DNA of 64,000 nucleotides, taken from the NCBI GenBank assembly GCA_963668355.1, contig OY764265.1, positions 1-64,000 of the forward strand, written 5' to 3'. This DNA is from Bdellovibrionota bacterium (GTDB lineage: Bacteria > Bdellovibrionota_G > JALEGL01 > DATDPG01). This document shows, piece by piece, positions 10,109 through 20,710 of this stretch (position 1 is the stretch's first letter; the number at the start of each line of letters is the position of its first letter). Under the pieces are notes generated by a model that made no database searches, was not told the DNA's origin, and worked only from the letters and a program-made list of their open reading frames with translations. The position numbers were made by a program, and so were the translations under genes.

Positions 10109-11571
10109 AGGAGGAAATGAAAACCATGCCGAACGGCACACAAGAGTTGGAGCAGCTAAGCCAACAACCATACAAATATGGTTTCACAACCAATATCGAG
10201 GCGGACAACGCGCCTCCCGGACTCAATGAAGAGATCATTCATTTCATTTCAAAGAAAAAGAATGAGCCGGATTTTTTGCTCAATTGGAGATTACGGGCTT
10301 TTGAAGCCTGGAAAAAAATGAAGGAACCCACCTGGGCAAAGGTGAAGTACCCCCCGATCAATTACCAAGACATCATTTACTACTCTGCCCCAAAGCAGAA
10401 GAAAGGCCCGAAGAGCCTAGATGAGGTGGATCCGGAACTATTGGAAACGTATGAAAAACTAGGCATCCCTCTAAATGAACGAGAGCGCTTGGCAGGTGTC
10501 GCTGTGGACGCTGTATTTGATTCCGTTTCGGTTGCAACCACTTTCAAGGATAAGCTTTCTGAACTCGGCATTATTTTCTGTTCCTTTTCGGAGGCCGTTC
10601 AAAATCATCCTGACCTGATCGAAAAGTACTTGGGTAGCGTCGTTCCTTACACAGACAATTTTTTTGCGACTTTGAATTCTGCTGTTTTTAGCGATGGTTC
10701 CTTCTGCTACATCCCCAAGGGGGTTCGATGTCCCATGGAGTTATCGACCTACTTTCGAATCAACTCTGCCAACACCGGACAATTTGAAAGAACCCTGATT
10801 GTCGCAGATGAAGGTAGCTATGTGAGCTATTTGGAGGGTTGTACCGCCCCCATGCGTGATGAAAATCAACTTCATGCAGCTGTGGTCGAACTTGTGGCGC
10901 TTGGCGATGCGCAAATCAAATATTCCACCGTTCAAAATTGGTACCCTGGGGACAAAAACGGAAAAGGTGGAATCTATAATTTCGTGACCAAACGTGGAAA
11001 GTGTGCAGGAAACCATTCAAAAATTTCTTGGACGCAAGTGGAAACCGGATCCGCCATTACCTGGAAGTACCCAAGCTGCATCCTTCAAGGAGACTATTCC
11101 GTGGGAGAATTTTACTCGGTGGCACTCACGGCAAATCACCAACAAGCGGACACCGGAACGAAGATGATCCACCTTGGGAAAAACACCTCCTCTACAATTG
11201 TTTCCAAAGGCATCTCGGCTGGACAGGGACAAAACACATACAGAGGACAGGTCAAAATCGCCAAGAACGCTCAAAAGGCCCGCAATTACTCTCAGTGTGA
11301 CTCTCTCTTAATTGGAGACAAGTGTGGCGCTCATACCGTTCCATACATTGAAGTTGGGAATACCACGGCTCAAATGGAACACGAAGCCACAACGTCAAAA
11401 ATTAGTGATGATCAGCTGTTTTACTGTCAGCAGCGGGGAATCTCTTCAGAGGATGCCGTGAACATGATTGTGAATGGGTTTTGCAAAGAGGTTTTTAAAG
11501 AACTCCCTATGGAGTTTGCTGTGGAAGCCCAAAAATTATTGGGCGTCAGCCTTGAAAATGCTGTGGGTTAG
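10105..11571 (+). CDS. sufB: Fe-S cluster assembly protein SufB
   Basis: [57 protein letters not shown]. Confidence 0.98.
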   Translation: MKEEMKTMPNGTQELEQLSQQPYKYGFTTNIEADNAPPGLNEEIIHFISKKKNEPDFLLNWRLRAFEAWKKMKEPTWAKVKYPPINYQDIIYYSAPKQKKGPKSLDEVDPELLETYEKLGIPLNERERLAGVAVDAVFDSVSVATTFKDKLSELGIIFCSFSEAVQNHPDLIEKYLGSVVPYTDNFFATLNSAVFSDGSFCYIPKGVRCPMELSTYFRINSANTGQFERTLIVADEGSYVSYLEGCTAPMRDENQLHAAVVELVALGDAQIKYSTVQNWYPGDKNGKGGIYNFVTKRGKCAGNHSKISWTQVETGSAITWKYPSCILQGDYSVGEFYSVALTANHQQADTGTKMIHLGKNTSSTIVSKGISAGQGQNTYRGQVKIAKNAQKARNYSQCDSLLIGDKCGAHTVPYIEVGNTTAQMEHEATTSKISDDQLFYCQQRGISSEDAVNMIVNGFCKEVFKELPMEFAVEAQKLLGVSLENAVG

Positions 11572-11592
11572 TTGAAGAAGAAGGATAAAACA

Positions 11593-12354
11593 ATGTTGGA
11601 AATTAAAAATTTACATGCTCGCGTAGAAGGAAAAGAGATCCTAAAAGGCATTGATCTAACCATCAATCCGGGAGAGGTTCATGCCGTCATGGGACCCAAC
11701 GGGTCCGGAAAATCTACCTTAGCTCAGGTCTTATCAGGAAGAGAAGCTTTTGAAGTCACCCAAGGCGAAATTCTTTATAAAGAAAAAAACCTTTTGGAGA
11801 TGTCTCCTGAGGAACGTGCCCGAGCGGGCGTCTTCTTGGCCTTTCAATATCCCGTCGAAATTCCGGGAGTCAACAACTCCTATTTCCTCAAAGCGGCCCT
11901 GAATGCGGTCCGTAAGCATCGGGGAGAGCCGGAACTCGACGCAATCGATTTCTTAAAGCTCGTGAAGGAAAAAATGAAATTGGTTGAATTGCCGGAAAGC
12001 CTTTTGAATCGAGCTGTGAACGAAGGTTTTTCAGGTGGTGAAAAAAAACGAAATGAAATTTTCCATATGGCCGTATTGCAACCCATGATGGCCATTTTGG
12101 ATGAGACCGACTCCGGTTTGGACATCGATGCTTTGAGAGTCGTGGCCAACGGAGTGAATTCGCTTCGAGATGAGAAAAGGTCCATGTTGGTCATCACCCA
12201 CTACCAACGTCTACTCAACTACATCGTTCCGGACAAAGTGCATGTCCTGGCCGATGGAAAGATCGCCAAATCAGGAGGAAGAGAATTGGCGTTGGAACTT
12301 GAAAAATCCGGGTACTCTTGGATTAACCAAACGGCAGGGGAAGCGCGGGCATGA
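11593..12354 (+). CDS. sufC: Fe-S cluster assembly ATPase SufC
   Basis: GPNGSGKST, FQYPVEIPGV, GFSGGEKKRNE, LDETDSGLDIDAL, ITHYQR. Confidence 0.98.
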   Translation: MLEIKNLHARVEGKEILKGIDLTINPGEVHAVMGPNGSGKSTLAQVLSGREAFEVTQGEILYKEKNLLEMSPEERARAGVFLAFQYPVEIPGVNNSYFLKAALNAVRKHRGEPELDAIDFLKLVKEKMKLVELPESLLNRAVNEGFSGGEKKRNEIFHMAVLQPMMAILDETDSGLDIDALRVVANGVNSLRDEKRSMLVITHYQRLLNYIVPDKVHVLADGKIAKSGGRELALELEKSGYSWINQTAGEARA

Positions 12355-13679
12355 CCGATTTTTATGCGGAGGCCTTTGGCCTCCTAAAATCTCAGTTCAA
12401 AAACAAAATTCCTTCTTGGCTGGCTTCTCGTAGAGGCGAAGGAATGGAGCGTTTTTTGGCTTCTGGTTTTCCCTCGACCCGAGAGGAAGAGTGGAAATAT
12501 ACAAATCTGCGTCCTTTGAGCCAAGAGAGCTTCGTTCTTTCCGGAGAAGGGGATGCAAAAAATCTTTCTTCGAATCAGTTCTTAGCCTCTTGTGTGGCTG
12601 GGGCTCATGCCTTCCGAAACGTCTCGATCAATGGTCGGCACTCCGACCAATTCTCTACGGATGAAAACCTTCCGAAAGGATGTCTTTTTTCAAACCTAAG
12701 ACAGGCCATGGATCTCTACCCAGATCTATTGGAGCAACACCTGGGAAAAGTTTGGCCAAACGAAACGCATAGTTTGGTTGATCTTAACATGGCTTTTCAT
12801 AACGACGGGGCTTTTCTCTACCTTCCCGAAAATGTAGCTTTGGAACACCCCATCCATTTTCTTTATATTTCGCTTCGAAATGGGCGACCCGTCATGTCCT
12901 CGCCCCGAAACCTCGTAATCGCTGAAAAGGGAAGTCGGGCCACCATCATTGAAACCTATATGGGATTTGGAAGTGGAGGGTATTTCACCAATGCCGTGAC
13001 GGAAATTGTAGCAAAGGAAAAAGCCCAAATTGATCACTACAAATTTCAAAATGAACTTCAAGACGCCACCCACACCGGAACCATTCTATCGGAACAAGAA
13101 GAGAATAGCCGTGTTTTGACCCACTCCATTTCGCTTGGAGGAAAATTGGTTCGAAATGACATCAAAATGAGGATGAACGGATCTCATTCTCATTCGAGCC
13201 TAAACGGACTTTTCATTGGAACGGGCAAACAGCATATCGATCATCACACCACGGTTGACCATGCCGTTCCGTTTTGTTCAAGCCAACAAATTTACAAGGG
13301 CGTATTGGACGAAAACGCGCACGGGGTATTCGATGGCCAAGTTCTGGTTCGGCCAGATGCACAAAAAAGTGATGCTCAGCAAATGAATAAAAACCTTCTC
13401 CTATCCGAAGAGGCGATCATTGACACCACACCCCGTTTGGAAATTTATGCGGATGATGTCAAGTGTTCTCATGGCGCCACGATTGGCGCCTTGAGTGAAG
13501 AGGCCATCTTTTATTTGCGTTCTCGTGGGTTGAACCGTTCCGAAGCACGAAATTTACTCACATTCGCTTTTGCCAACGAAATGGTTGAGCGAGTCAAAGT
13601 TGAGAAATTGCGAACTTACTTGGAATGCTATTTATTGACTCATTTTGCAGATGGTCATTTGAGATCTCAGCAAGGATAA
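12351..13679 (+). CDS. sufD: Fe-S cluster assembly protein SufD
   Basis: EEWKYT, HIDHHT, LEIYADDVKCSHGAT, FYLRSRG. Confidence 0.96.
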   Translation: MTDFYAEAFGLLKSQFKNKIPSWLASRRGEGMERFLASGFPSTREEEWKYTNLRPLSQESFVLSGEGDAKNLSSNQFLASCVAGAHAFRNVSINGRHSDQFSTDENLPKGCLFSNLRQAMDLYPDLLEQHLGKVWPNETHSLVDLNMAFHNDGAFLYLPENVALEHPIHFLYISLRNGRPVMSSPRNLVIAEKGSRATIIETYMGFGSGGYFTNAVTEIVAKEKAQIDHYKFQNELQDATHTGTILSEQEENSRVLTHSISLGGKLVRNDIKMRMNGSHSHSSLNGLFIGTGKQHIDHHTTVDHAVPFCSSQQIYKGVLDENAHGVFDGQVLVRPDAQKSDAQQMNKNLLLSEEAIIDTTPRLEIYADDVKCSHGATIGALSEEAIFYLRSRGLNRSEARNLLTFAFANEMVERVKVEKLRTYLECYLLTHFADGHLRSQQG

Positions 13680-13685
13680 ATCGAA

Positions 13686-14906
13686 GTGCCCTTCTCTGTT
13701 GATGAAATTCGAAGACAGTTTCCCATTCTCGACCAAAAGATTCACGGGAAACCGCTGGTGTATTTGGACAACGCTGCTTCTGCTCAAAAGCCATCCTGCG
13801 TCTTAGAGGCTTTGAAACGTTTCTATGAAACAGATTATGCAAATATCCATCGGGGTCTTCATGTCTTAAGCCAACGCGCCACAAAACAATATGAAGAAGC
13901 TCGTGATAAGGTTCAGAACTTTCTAAACGCAAAGGATCGAAAAGAAATCATTTTTTTGCGAGGGGCAACGGAGGCGGTAAATCTCGTTGCTCAAACGTTT
14001 GCCAAGCAACGTATTAATTCCGGAGATCGAATCCTCATTTCAGCCATGGAACACCACTCCAATATTGTGCCTTGGCAGTTACTCTGCAATGAAGTTGGGG
14101 CCAAACTGGACGTGGTCCAGATGAATCAAAAAGGCGAACTCCTATTGGATGATTTGGCTGAGAAGCTTTCCAGGCAGCCCCAGATTTTGGGGATCGTCCA
14201 TGTATCCAATAGCTTGGGGACGATCAATCCTCTGAAAGAAATCATTTCAATGGCTCATGAACAAAAGGTTCCTGTTTTAGTAGATGGAGCCCAAGCGGTC
14301 CCCCATCTATCCATCGACGTTCAAGACTTGGATTGTGATTTTTATGTGTTCTCTGGACATAAGATGTATGGACCCAGTGGGATTGGGGCCCTTTACGGCA
14401 AAAAAGAGCATTTGGAAGACATGCCTCCCTATCATGGGGGAGGAGAAATGATTTCTTCCGTAACCTTTGAAAAAACCACCTTTGCGGACTTACCCAACAA
14501 ATTTGAGGCCGGAACCCCCAACATTGCCAACACCGTTGCCTTGGGTCACACCATCGATTTCCTTCAAAAAATTGGGCTGGATAAAATTGCCTCTTATGAG
14601 CATGAATTGCTCCAGTATGGAACATCCCAACTTCTGAACATCCCTGGCTTAACTCTTTATGGCACCTCGGAGCAAAAAGCAGCGGTTCTCTCCTTCACCT
14701 TAAAAGGAGTGCACCCTCATGATGTAGGCACCATTATTGATCAAGAAGGCGTCGCGGTTCGAGCTGGACATCACTGCACACAACCGGTGATGGATTTTTT
14801 CCACATTCCTGCAACAACCCGGGCTTCATTGGGAGTCTATAACACAAAGGACGACATTGATCGCCTTGTGGAGAGCATCAAAAAAGTTATGGAGATGTTT
14901 GGATAA
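13686..14906 (+). CDS. sufS: Cysteine desulfurase SufS
   Basis: YLDNAASAQKP, MEHHSNIVPWQ, FSGHKMYGP (PLP Lys), RAGHHC. Confidence 0.97.
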   Translation: MPFSVDEIRRQFPILDQKIHGKPLVYLDNAASAQKPSCVLEALKRFYETDYANIHRGLHVLSQRATKQYEEARDKVQNFLNAKDRKEIIFLRGATEAVNLVAQTFAKQRINSGDRILISAMEHHSNIVPWQLLCNEVGAKLDVVQMNQKGELLLDDLAEKLSRQPQILGIVHVSNSLGTINPLKEIISMAHEQKVPVLVDGAQAVPHLSIDVQDLDCDFYVFSGHKMYGPSGIGALYGKKEHLEDMPPYHGGGEMISSVTFEKTTFADLPNKFEAGTPNIANTVALGHTIDFLQKIGLDKIASYEHELLQYGTSQLLNIPGLTLYGTSEQKAAVLSFTLKGVHPHDVGTIIDQEGVAVRAGHHCTQPVMDFFHIPATTRASLGVYNTKDDIDRLVESIKKVMEMFG

Positions 14907-15358
14907 TGTCAGACTTACGAGAACTATACCAAGAGGTCATTTTAGACCATTACAAAAACCCCAGGAACTTTGGCGAACTTTCCCCTTGCGATTGCAAGGC
15001 CCATGGGAACAACCCGCTTTGTGGAGATAAGATCGCCGTGTATGTCACTCTCGAAGGCAACAAGGTTTCCAAAGTCCAATTTCAAGGGGAAGGATGTGCC
15101 ATTTCCACGGCTTCGGCCTCTCTGATGACAGACGCCTTGGTTGGAAAAACCCGAGAGGAAGCAGAGTCGATTTTCTCTTCGTTTCATAAATTGGTTACTG
15201 GCGAACCCCTTTCCAGCGAACAAACCGAAGGCCTGGGCAAGCTGGCCGTTTTTGAAGGGGTACAGGAATTTCCTCTCCGGGTAAAATGTGCAAGTCTGTG
15301 TTGGCACACGGTTAAAGCGGCATTAAGCGGGCAGGAGGACTCGGTCACGACGGAGTAG
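14906..15358 (+). CDS. sufU: SUF system NifU-family protein SufU
   Basis: LYQEVILDH, NPLCGD, GCAISTASAS, RVKCASL. Confidence 0.95.
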   Translation: MSDLRELYQEVILDHYKNPRNFGELSPCDCKAHGNNPLCGDKIAVYVTLEGNKVSKVQFQGEGCAISTASASLMTDALVGKTREEAESIFSSFHKLVTGEPLSSEQTEGLGKLAVFEGVQEFPLRVKCASLCWHTVKAALSGQEDSVTTE

Positions 15359-15378
15359 AAGGGAAGTTCCGTAGAATT

Positions 15379-16518
15379 TTACTCATTCACAGCATCTTTC
15401 AAAGCGGAAACAGTCCAGGGTCCCTGGTATTTCCGACCATCAATGAAAACCGAAGGCGTTCCGCGAAGATCCAATAAAATAGCTTCTTCAATATCATCCT
15501 GAACAGCAATTAAGCTTTCCCGACTTCGTAAACAGGCCTCAAACTTCTCCCGGTCCATGTTCAATTCATCGACAAAGGCATACATTTTCTCTTCGGAAAG
15601 GCTCCTTTGGTTAGCATAAATAAGATCATGATATAACCAAAAGCGATTCTGCTTTCCGGCACAATAGGCCGCCCGCCCAGCCAAACAGGCTTCTCGATGC
15701 ATCGGCCTTTGCATGATGCGATTGCAGGAATGATCCAGCGGATAAAACTTATACGTGATTTTCACTTTTCCTTTTAGCTCTTGTTCAAGACTGGCCAAAA
15801 TTTCGGAAGCCGTCTTGCAAAAAGGACATTGAAAGTCACTAAACAAAGTGATGTTCACAGGAGAACTTGGATCTCCCAGGGTTCTCTGCTCAATCGTAGA
15901 GATTGCGTGAACTTCCTTACTCATGGAAGGCCGGTCGAAGGCCCACTTTTTTATCCCCATATGGGTCGCGATTAAAAGGATAAGAACTACGATGAACGTG
16001 CTCCAAAACCATCGATTCTTGTGAGCGTTTTTCACATCATAAACCACGAGGTTCCACCAAGGTTGGTTCAACTGCTTCTTGGCTTTTCCCACAGAGATCA
16101 GAAAGCCAATACTCACGACATAGAGAACTGAACAATAAACGCAAATCGTATTCAAAATTCCCACGGAGACAATGGCCATATAAATCGTTGAAGCCACGGA
16201 CAACCATGCCATAAACCACAAGTACAAGAGGGGACGAAATTGCTTTGATTTGGACTGTCGGCTACCCCATATCGCCAAAATCCCTCCGAATCCATAGAAC
16301 AGGAGGCTATAAAACGCGACGGGAATCCCTACCCACTCCGAGTACTCTCCAACCTGCAAAACATCGCAGTTAATTCTCTGGCTTATCCCACATGCGGGGG
16401 CCAACTTTTCATGGGAGAAGTGTAGAGCCAAGATCCAGAGAGAATCGAGCACTCCCAGGGAAACAAAGCCAAGAATCCAAACCCACAAACGCTTCAACCG
16501 TTTTTCAACATCCACCAT
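15379..16518 (-). CDS. VKOR-DsbA/thioredoxin fusion (disulfide bond formation)
   Basis: N-terminal TM domain with loop Cys pair (AC...NC) and CVYC; C-terminal FSDFQCPFC and GTP cis-Pro motif. Confidence 0.9.
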   Translation of the reverse strand: MVDVEKRLKRLWVWILGFVSLGVLDSLWILALHFSHEKLAPACGISQRINCDVLQVGEYSEWVGIPVAFYSLLFYGFGGILAIWGSRQSKSKQFRPLLYLWFMAWLSVASTIYMAIVSVGILNTICVYCSVLYVVSIGFLISVGKAKKQLNQPWWNLVVYDVKNAHKNRWFWSTFIVVLILLIATHMGIKKWAFDRPSMSKEVHAISTIEQRTLGDPSSPVNITLFSDFQCPFCKTASEILASLEQELKGKVKITYKFYPLDHSCNRIMQRPMHREACLAGRAAYCAGKQNRFWLYHDLIYANQRSLSEEKMYAFVDELNMDREKFEACLRSRESLIAVQDDIEEAILLDLRGTPSVFIDGRKYQGPWTVSALKDAVNE

Positions 16519-16530
16519 ATTCTTCTCCCA

Positions 16531-18786
16531 TTAGTCTGAATACCGAGATATCTTTCCAATTTGCTCGCCAAACGCCGCCGGATCAGAAGTGGGGAGCAAA
16601 CAGGTATGGGCCTCACACACATAAGCCGTTGTCTTTCCTCCGATCGCGTCCCGGTTCTTCAAAAGTGTGGTCAATGGCTCCAATTCACTTCGAGAGTCTT
16701 CCTTTTTAACGATGAGATGCACCGCATTTGGAAGATAGTGCTTTTGCAACACATTTGTAAAGACCTCCAAGGAGGGAGTTCCCTCCCCTTCAATCACAAC
16801 GATTTGTTTGGCTTGATCGGAGTAGAAATCCAAGGCGGCTAAAAAGAGTGGCGTCATTGTGGGAGCCTGCTCCATCACTCTCGCGAAAGCGAGAAGGCCT
16901 TGTTCCGCCTTCTTAACAAAAGATGAATCTCCTGAAATGGAGCCCAAACGAAGTAAATTTAAAATTCCCTGAGAATTTCCAGAAGGTTCCGCGCCATCAT
17001 AAAAAGGTTTTTGACGAGCCAACAATTCAACTTCGTCGTTCGCAGTAAAAAAGAAACCTCCGCCTTTTTGATCTTCAAACTGAGAAATCATTGCATTTGC
17101 CACCGCTTTGGCATCTCTTAGATTTCCTGGATCGCTGGTGGCCTCAAACAACGTGATCAGACCTCCCAATAAAAAGGCATAGTCGTCTAGAAATGCCGTG
17201 GGCTGTACAAAGGATTCTCTCCGGCTTCGAATCAGTTTTTTAGACTCGTGAAAAGGTTGCAAAAGCACGTCCGCAGCTTTCTGCGCGATGTTCGCATATT
17301 CCGGCTTCTGCAATACCAGGGCCCCTTTGGCAAAAGCTTGAAGCATCAACCCATTCCATGAAGTGAGCACTTTATCATCCAAATGGGGATGAATTCGCCC
17401 CTCTCGGATTTTCCGCAATTGTTCCCGAGCTGTGAGAATTTTCTCTCGCTCAGATTTCGAATAACTTTCTAAGGGTTGTGTCGCTGTGAGAATGTTTTTC
17501 CCTTCAAAGTTTCCCTCTTTGCTCACCCCAAAATGCTTCTTAATGAGGCTGGACGATTCGCCAAACTGTTCGTCAAATTGCTGCTCCGTCCAAAGGAAAA
17601 AAGTGCCTTCTACGCCTTCACTGTCGGCATCAGTGGCTGAAAAGAATGTTCCTTGTGAAGAGGTCATCTCTCGGCGAACATACTCAAGAATTTCTTCCGC
17701 AATGCGTGCAAACTCCGGATCCTCAGATACTTGATAGGCTGACAAATAAGCCATGGCCAGCTGGGCATTGTCGTACAACATCTTTTCGAAATGAGGAACC
17801 AACCAGTGTTCATCCGTGGAGTAACGATGAAAACCTCCCCCAATTTGGTCATACATTCCCCCTCGAGCCATCATTCGCAGCGTTTTCATCACCATCTCAA
17901 AAGGTTTGGATTTCTCACTTCGTTTTCCATAACGAAGAAGAAATGAAAACACGACAGGCCGGGGGAATTTCGGCGATCCGCCAAAACCACCGTTCAATTC
18001 ATCAAACTGACCCAAGAATTCTTCGAAGGCCTTTGAAAACACCTCATTTCCTGGAAGCTTCAGAGAAGAGTCAACGTCGAGTGAGGCTTTTAAATGCGCG
18101 AGCAATTGATCGGCTTGACTCACGACTTTTTCCCCGTTTTGGTCGAAAACCTCTCTTAGCTGCTTTAGAAGCGTTGAAAATCCCATAACACCACCCCGAA
18201 CACCATTGTGCGGAGGAAAATATGTTCCACCAAAAAAGGGTTTTTTGTCCGGCGTTAGCCAGACGGTCAATGGCCAGCCTCCCCTCCCTGTCATCAGTTG
18301 AACAGCATTCATGTACAGAGAGTCCACATCAGGCCGTTCTTCTCGATCGACTTTGATGCATACGTAGTTCTCGTTCATATATTTGGCGATTTCCAAGTCC
18401 TCAAAAGACTCTTCTTCCATGACGTGGCACCAATGACATGTCGAGTACCCTACGCTCAATAAAATCGGCTTCTTTTCGCGTTTTGCCAAATCAAAAGCCG
18501 CCTCGCCCCAAGGGTGCCAGTCAACGGGATTGTGAGCGTGTTGTTGCAGATACGGACTCCCTTCCTTGGAAAGCGCGTTGGTAAACAAAGGATTCCCTTT
18601 TTCATCCAGATGTCGGGTTCTTGGGCTTGGCGTTTTCTTTTCGTACATATGTTCCTCTACAATCACGTTGTTTTCATTTGAACGAGAAGACGTGTCTCCG
18701 AAAGATCCCTTGGTACAAGACGTCACACACACACAAATCAAAGGAAGAAAAGGGATCCCCAACCCTCCTAACCTTTTAAGCTTCAA
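16531..18786 (-). CDS. YyaL/SSP411 (DUF255) thioredoxin-domain protein
   Basis: [58 protein letters not shown]. Confidence 0.93.
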   Translation of the reverse strand: MKLKRLGGLGIPFLPLICVCVTSCTKGSFGDTSSRSNENNVIVEEHMYEKKTPSPRTRHLDEKGNPLFTNALSKEGSPYLQQHAHNPVDWHPWGEAAFDLAKREKKPILLSVGYSTCHWCHVMEEESFEDLEIAKYMNENYVCIKVDREERPDVDSLYMNAVQLMTGRGGWPLTVWLTPDKKPFFGGTYFPPHNGVRGGVMGFSTLLKQLREVFDQNGEKVVSQADQLLAHLKASLDVDSSLKLPGNEVFSKAFEEFLGQFDELNGGFGGSPKFPRPVVFSFLLRYGKRSEKSKPFEMVMKTLRMMARGGMYDQIGGGFHRYSTDEHWLVPHFEKMLYDNAQLAMAYLSAYQVSEDPEFARIAEEILEYVRREMTSSQGTFFSATDADSEGVEGTFFLWTEQQFDEQFGESSSLIKKHFGVSKEGNFEGKNILTATQPLESYSKSEREKILTAREQLRKIREGRIHPHLDDKVLTSWNGLMLQAFAKGALVLQKPEYANIAQKAADVLLQPFHESKKLIRSRRESFVQPTAFLDDYAFLLGGLITLFEATSDPGNLRDAKAVANAMISQFEDQKGGGFFFTANDEVELLARQKPFYDGAEPSGNSQGILNLLRLGSISGDSSFVKKAEQGLLAFARVMEQAPTMTPLFLAALDFYSDQAKQIVVIEGEGTPSLEVFTNVLQKHYLPNAVHLIVKKEDSRSELEPLTTLLKNRDAIGGKTTAYVCEAHTCLLPTSDPAAFGEQIGKISRYSD

Positions 18787-19549
18787 TGGGTCTCTTGCGA
18801 ATTCCCATCAGCACCCAGACGCCGATCGAAAACACGACAATGGAGGCATATTGGGATGGAGTTAGACCAAAATAGCGCGGATCAATTCTCGCCAAATCGG
18901 TCGCTCGTAGAAAGTCCATAAAAAAGCGTGGCATCGAATACGCCATCAATGTCACCGCATAAATCGTTCCGGGGCGTGGATGTTTCAAATCGTTTTTTCT
19001 TCCCATCCAAAAGATCATAAGTGTGAGCCCAAGAGTCAAAAGGACCTCGTAGCAGCCCAAGTCATGTCTAGGCCCTCCAGGATACTTCAACGCTAGAAAG
19101 AAATCCGTGAGCCTACCGGGATGATCATGCACCGAGCAACATCCCATGCGACCAAAGACCCACCCAGGTCCCATTCCATACATGAGCGTGTCAGCGTAGG
19201 GAAGGAAGGGAATTTTTTTCTTCTTAAAGTAGACCCAAATGGCCACACCCGCTCCGATAAAGCCCCCATAAGAAGAAATTCCCGACCAAACTCGAAAAAT
19301 TTCCCAAGGATCCTTCAAAATTACATGGGGCCTGGAGGCAAAAACATCGAAGAGGTGGGCTCCCAACATTCCAAAAATAATGCACAACAAGGCCAAGTCA
19401 TGCATGACTTGGGGATTCTGTCCTACTTTTTTAGCTCTCCAAGTCGCAACAGAGGACCCCACAATGAATCCTAAAGCCACAAAAGCTCCAAAGGAATGAA
19501 GCTCGATCGGGCCAAGTTTTAATGGAGGAATTTCAAAATAAGGAAGCAT
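18776..19549 (-). CDS. lgt: Prolipoprotein diacylglyceryl transferase
   Basis: [37 protein letters not shown] pattern. Confidence 0.88.
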   Translation of the reverse strand: MLPYFEIPPLKLGPIELHSFGAFVALGFIVGSSVATWRAKKVGQNPQVMHDLALLCIIFGMLGAHLFDVFASRPHVILKDPWEIFRVWSGISSYGGFIGAGVAIWVYFKKKKIPFLPYADTLMYGMGPGWVFGRMGCCSVHDHPGRLTDFFLALKYPGGPRHDLGCYEVLLTLGLTLMIFWMGRKNDLKHPRPGTIYAVTLMAYSMPRFFMDFLRATDLARIDPRYFGLTPSQYASIVVFSIGVWVLMGIRKRPIEA

Positions 19550-19568
19550 CGTAATCGTCTTAATTTAT

Positions 19569-20582
19569 CTATAGTTTTTCTTCCAATCCGGCCAAAATGG
19601 AATCGATATCCTCCGTATCATCTGCGGATGAACGCTCAAAGGGATGTTCGGCCGTCGGTTCTTCTTTCACTTCAGCAACCGAAAACGGTTTGGACAAATT
19701 TTCATTCTGTATCGTTACGGGTTTCACCGTCTCTACCTGCTCCACGACACGCAATTCACGTTTTCGGGACTCAGATAGCCCCAAATCGACTGCAATGTTT
19801 TCGAGAATGGATCGCGTCAACATGGGCGCCTTCAATATAAATCCTTCAAACAGCGCATTGTCCGCCATCGTATTGATTAAACGGGGAATCCCCGTTGAAT
19901 ATTGATGAATGGCTTCGATGGCGCCATCTTCAAATATTGTGCGCGAGGCTCCCGCGAGCGACAATCGATGCTCGATATATTGTTTAGTAGACTCTAGATC
20001 CAATGTCCCCAAATGATATTTCAAGGCCATTCGCTGCATCAGCGGAGGATCCAGGCGAAGATTTTCTTCCAACTCGGGCAAACCGAAAAAAGCGAACGTA
20101 ATGAGTTTCTGGTTTGGGATTTCCAGATTCAACAATCCGCGAAATTCTTCCATTAGCTCTCGTGATTGAAGCATCTGAGCTTCATCAATTAACACCACAG
20201 CTTTTTTTCCGCTATCGGCGATCTGAAGCAACCGACGATAAAGTTGACTCAAAATCTGTAATTTTTCTTCCGCAGGTTTTGGAACTCCCAGCTGTTGAGC
20301 AATCCGACGTAAAAGCCAGTTGGCTGAAATTCCGGAGTGAATGATGACCAGAAGCGCAGCTTCGTATTCCTCTTCGGGAAGACTGTCGAGGATCTTTCGA
20401 GCCAACGTCGTTTTTCCCGCTCCGATTTCTCCGACCAAAACGGCCAAGCCTTTCATTTGAGAGAGCACGCGATGAATGCGCATAAGTGCCTGAGAGTGCT
20501 GGGACGAATTAAAGAAAAATCGTCCCACAGGAGCATTGGAGAAAGGCTCCTGATTCAAGCCATAAAACGTCAGATAATTCAT
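19569..20582 (-). CDS. ExeA/GspA-family AAA ATPase
   Basis: YLTFYGLNQEPFS, GEIGAGKTT, VLIDEAQ, YIEHRL, GIPRLIN. Confidence 0.9.
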   Translation of the reverse strand: MNYLTFYGLNQEPFSNAPVGRFFFNSSQHSQALMRIHRVLSQMKGLAVLVGEIGAGKTTLARKILDSLPEEEYEAALLVIIHSGISANWLLRRIAQQLGVPKPAEEKLQILSQLYRRLLQIADSGKKAVVLIDEAQMLQSRELMEEFRGLLNLEIPNQKLITFAFFGLPELEENLRLDPPLMQRMALKYHLGTLDLESTKQYIEHRLSLAGASRTIFEDGAIEAIHQYSTGIPRLINTMADNALFEGFILKAPMLTRSILENIAVDLGLSESRKRELRVVEQVETVKPVTIQNENLSKPFSVAEVKEEPTAEHPFERSSADDTEDIDSILAGLEEKL

Positions 20583-20710
20583 GCGAGGGCCTAAAATACC
20601 AAAGAAATTCATAATTTGCAGCCCCGGAAGCAAGCGCTACCCACAAGATTTTCAATGGCCCTTAAAGCGAGTGATCTTCAGCCAGAAAGCCACTTTCCGG
20701 GCGAACCTGA

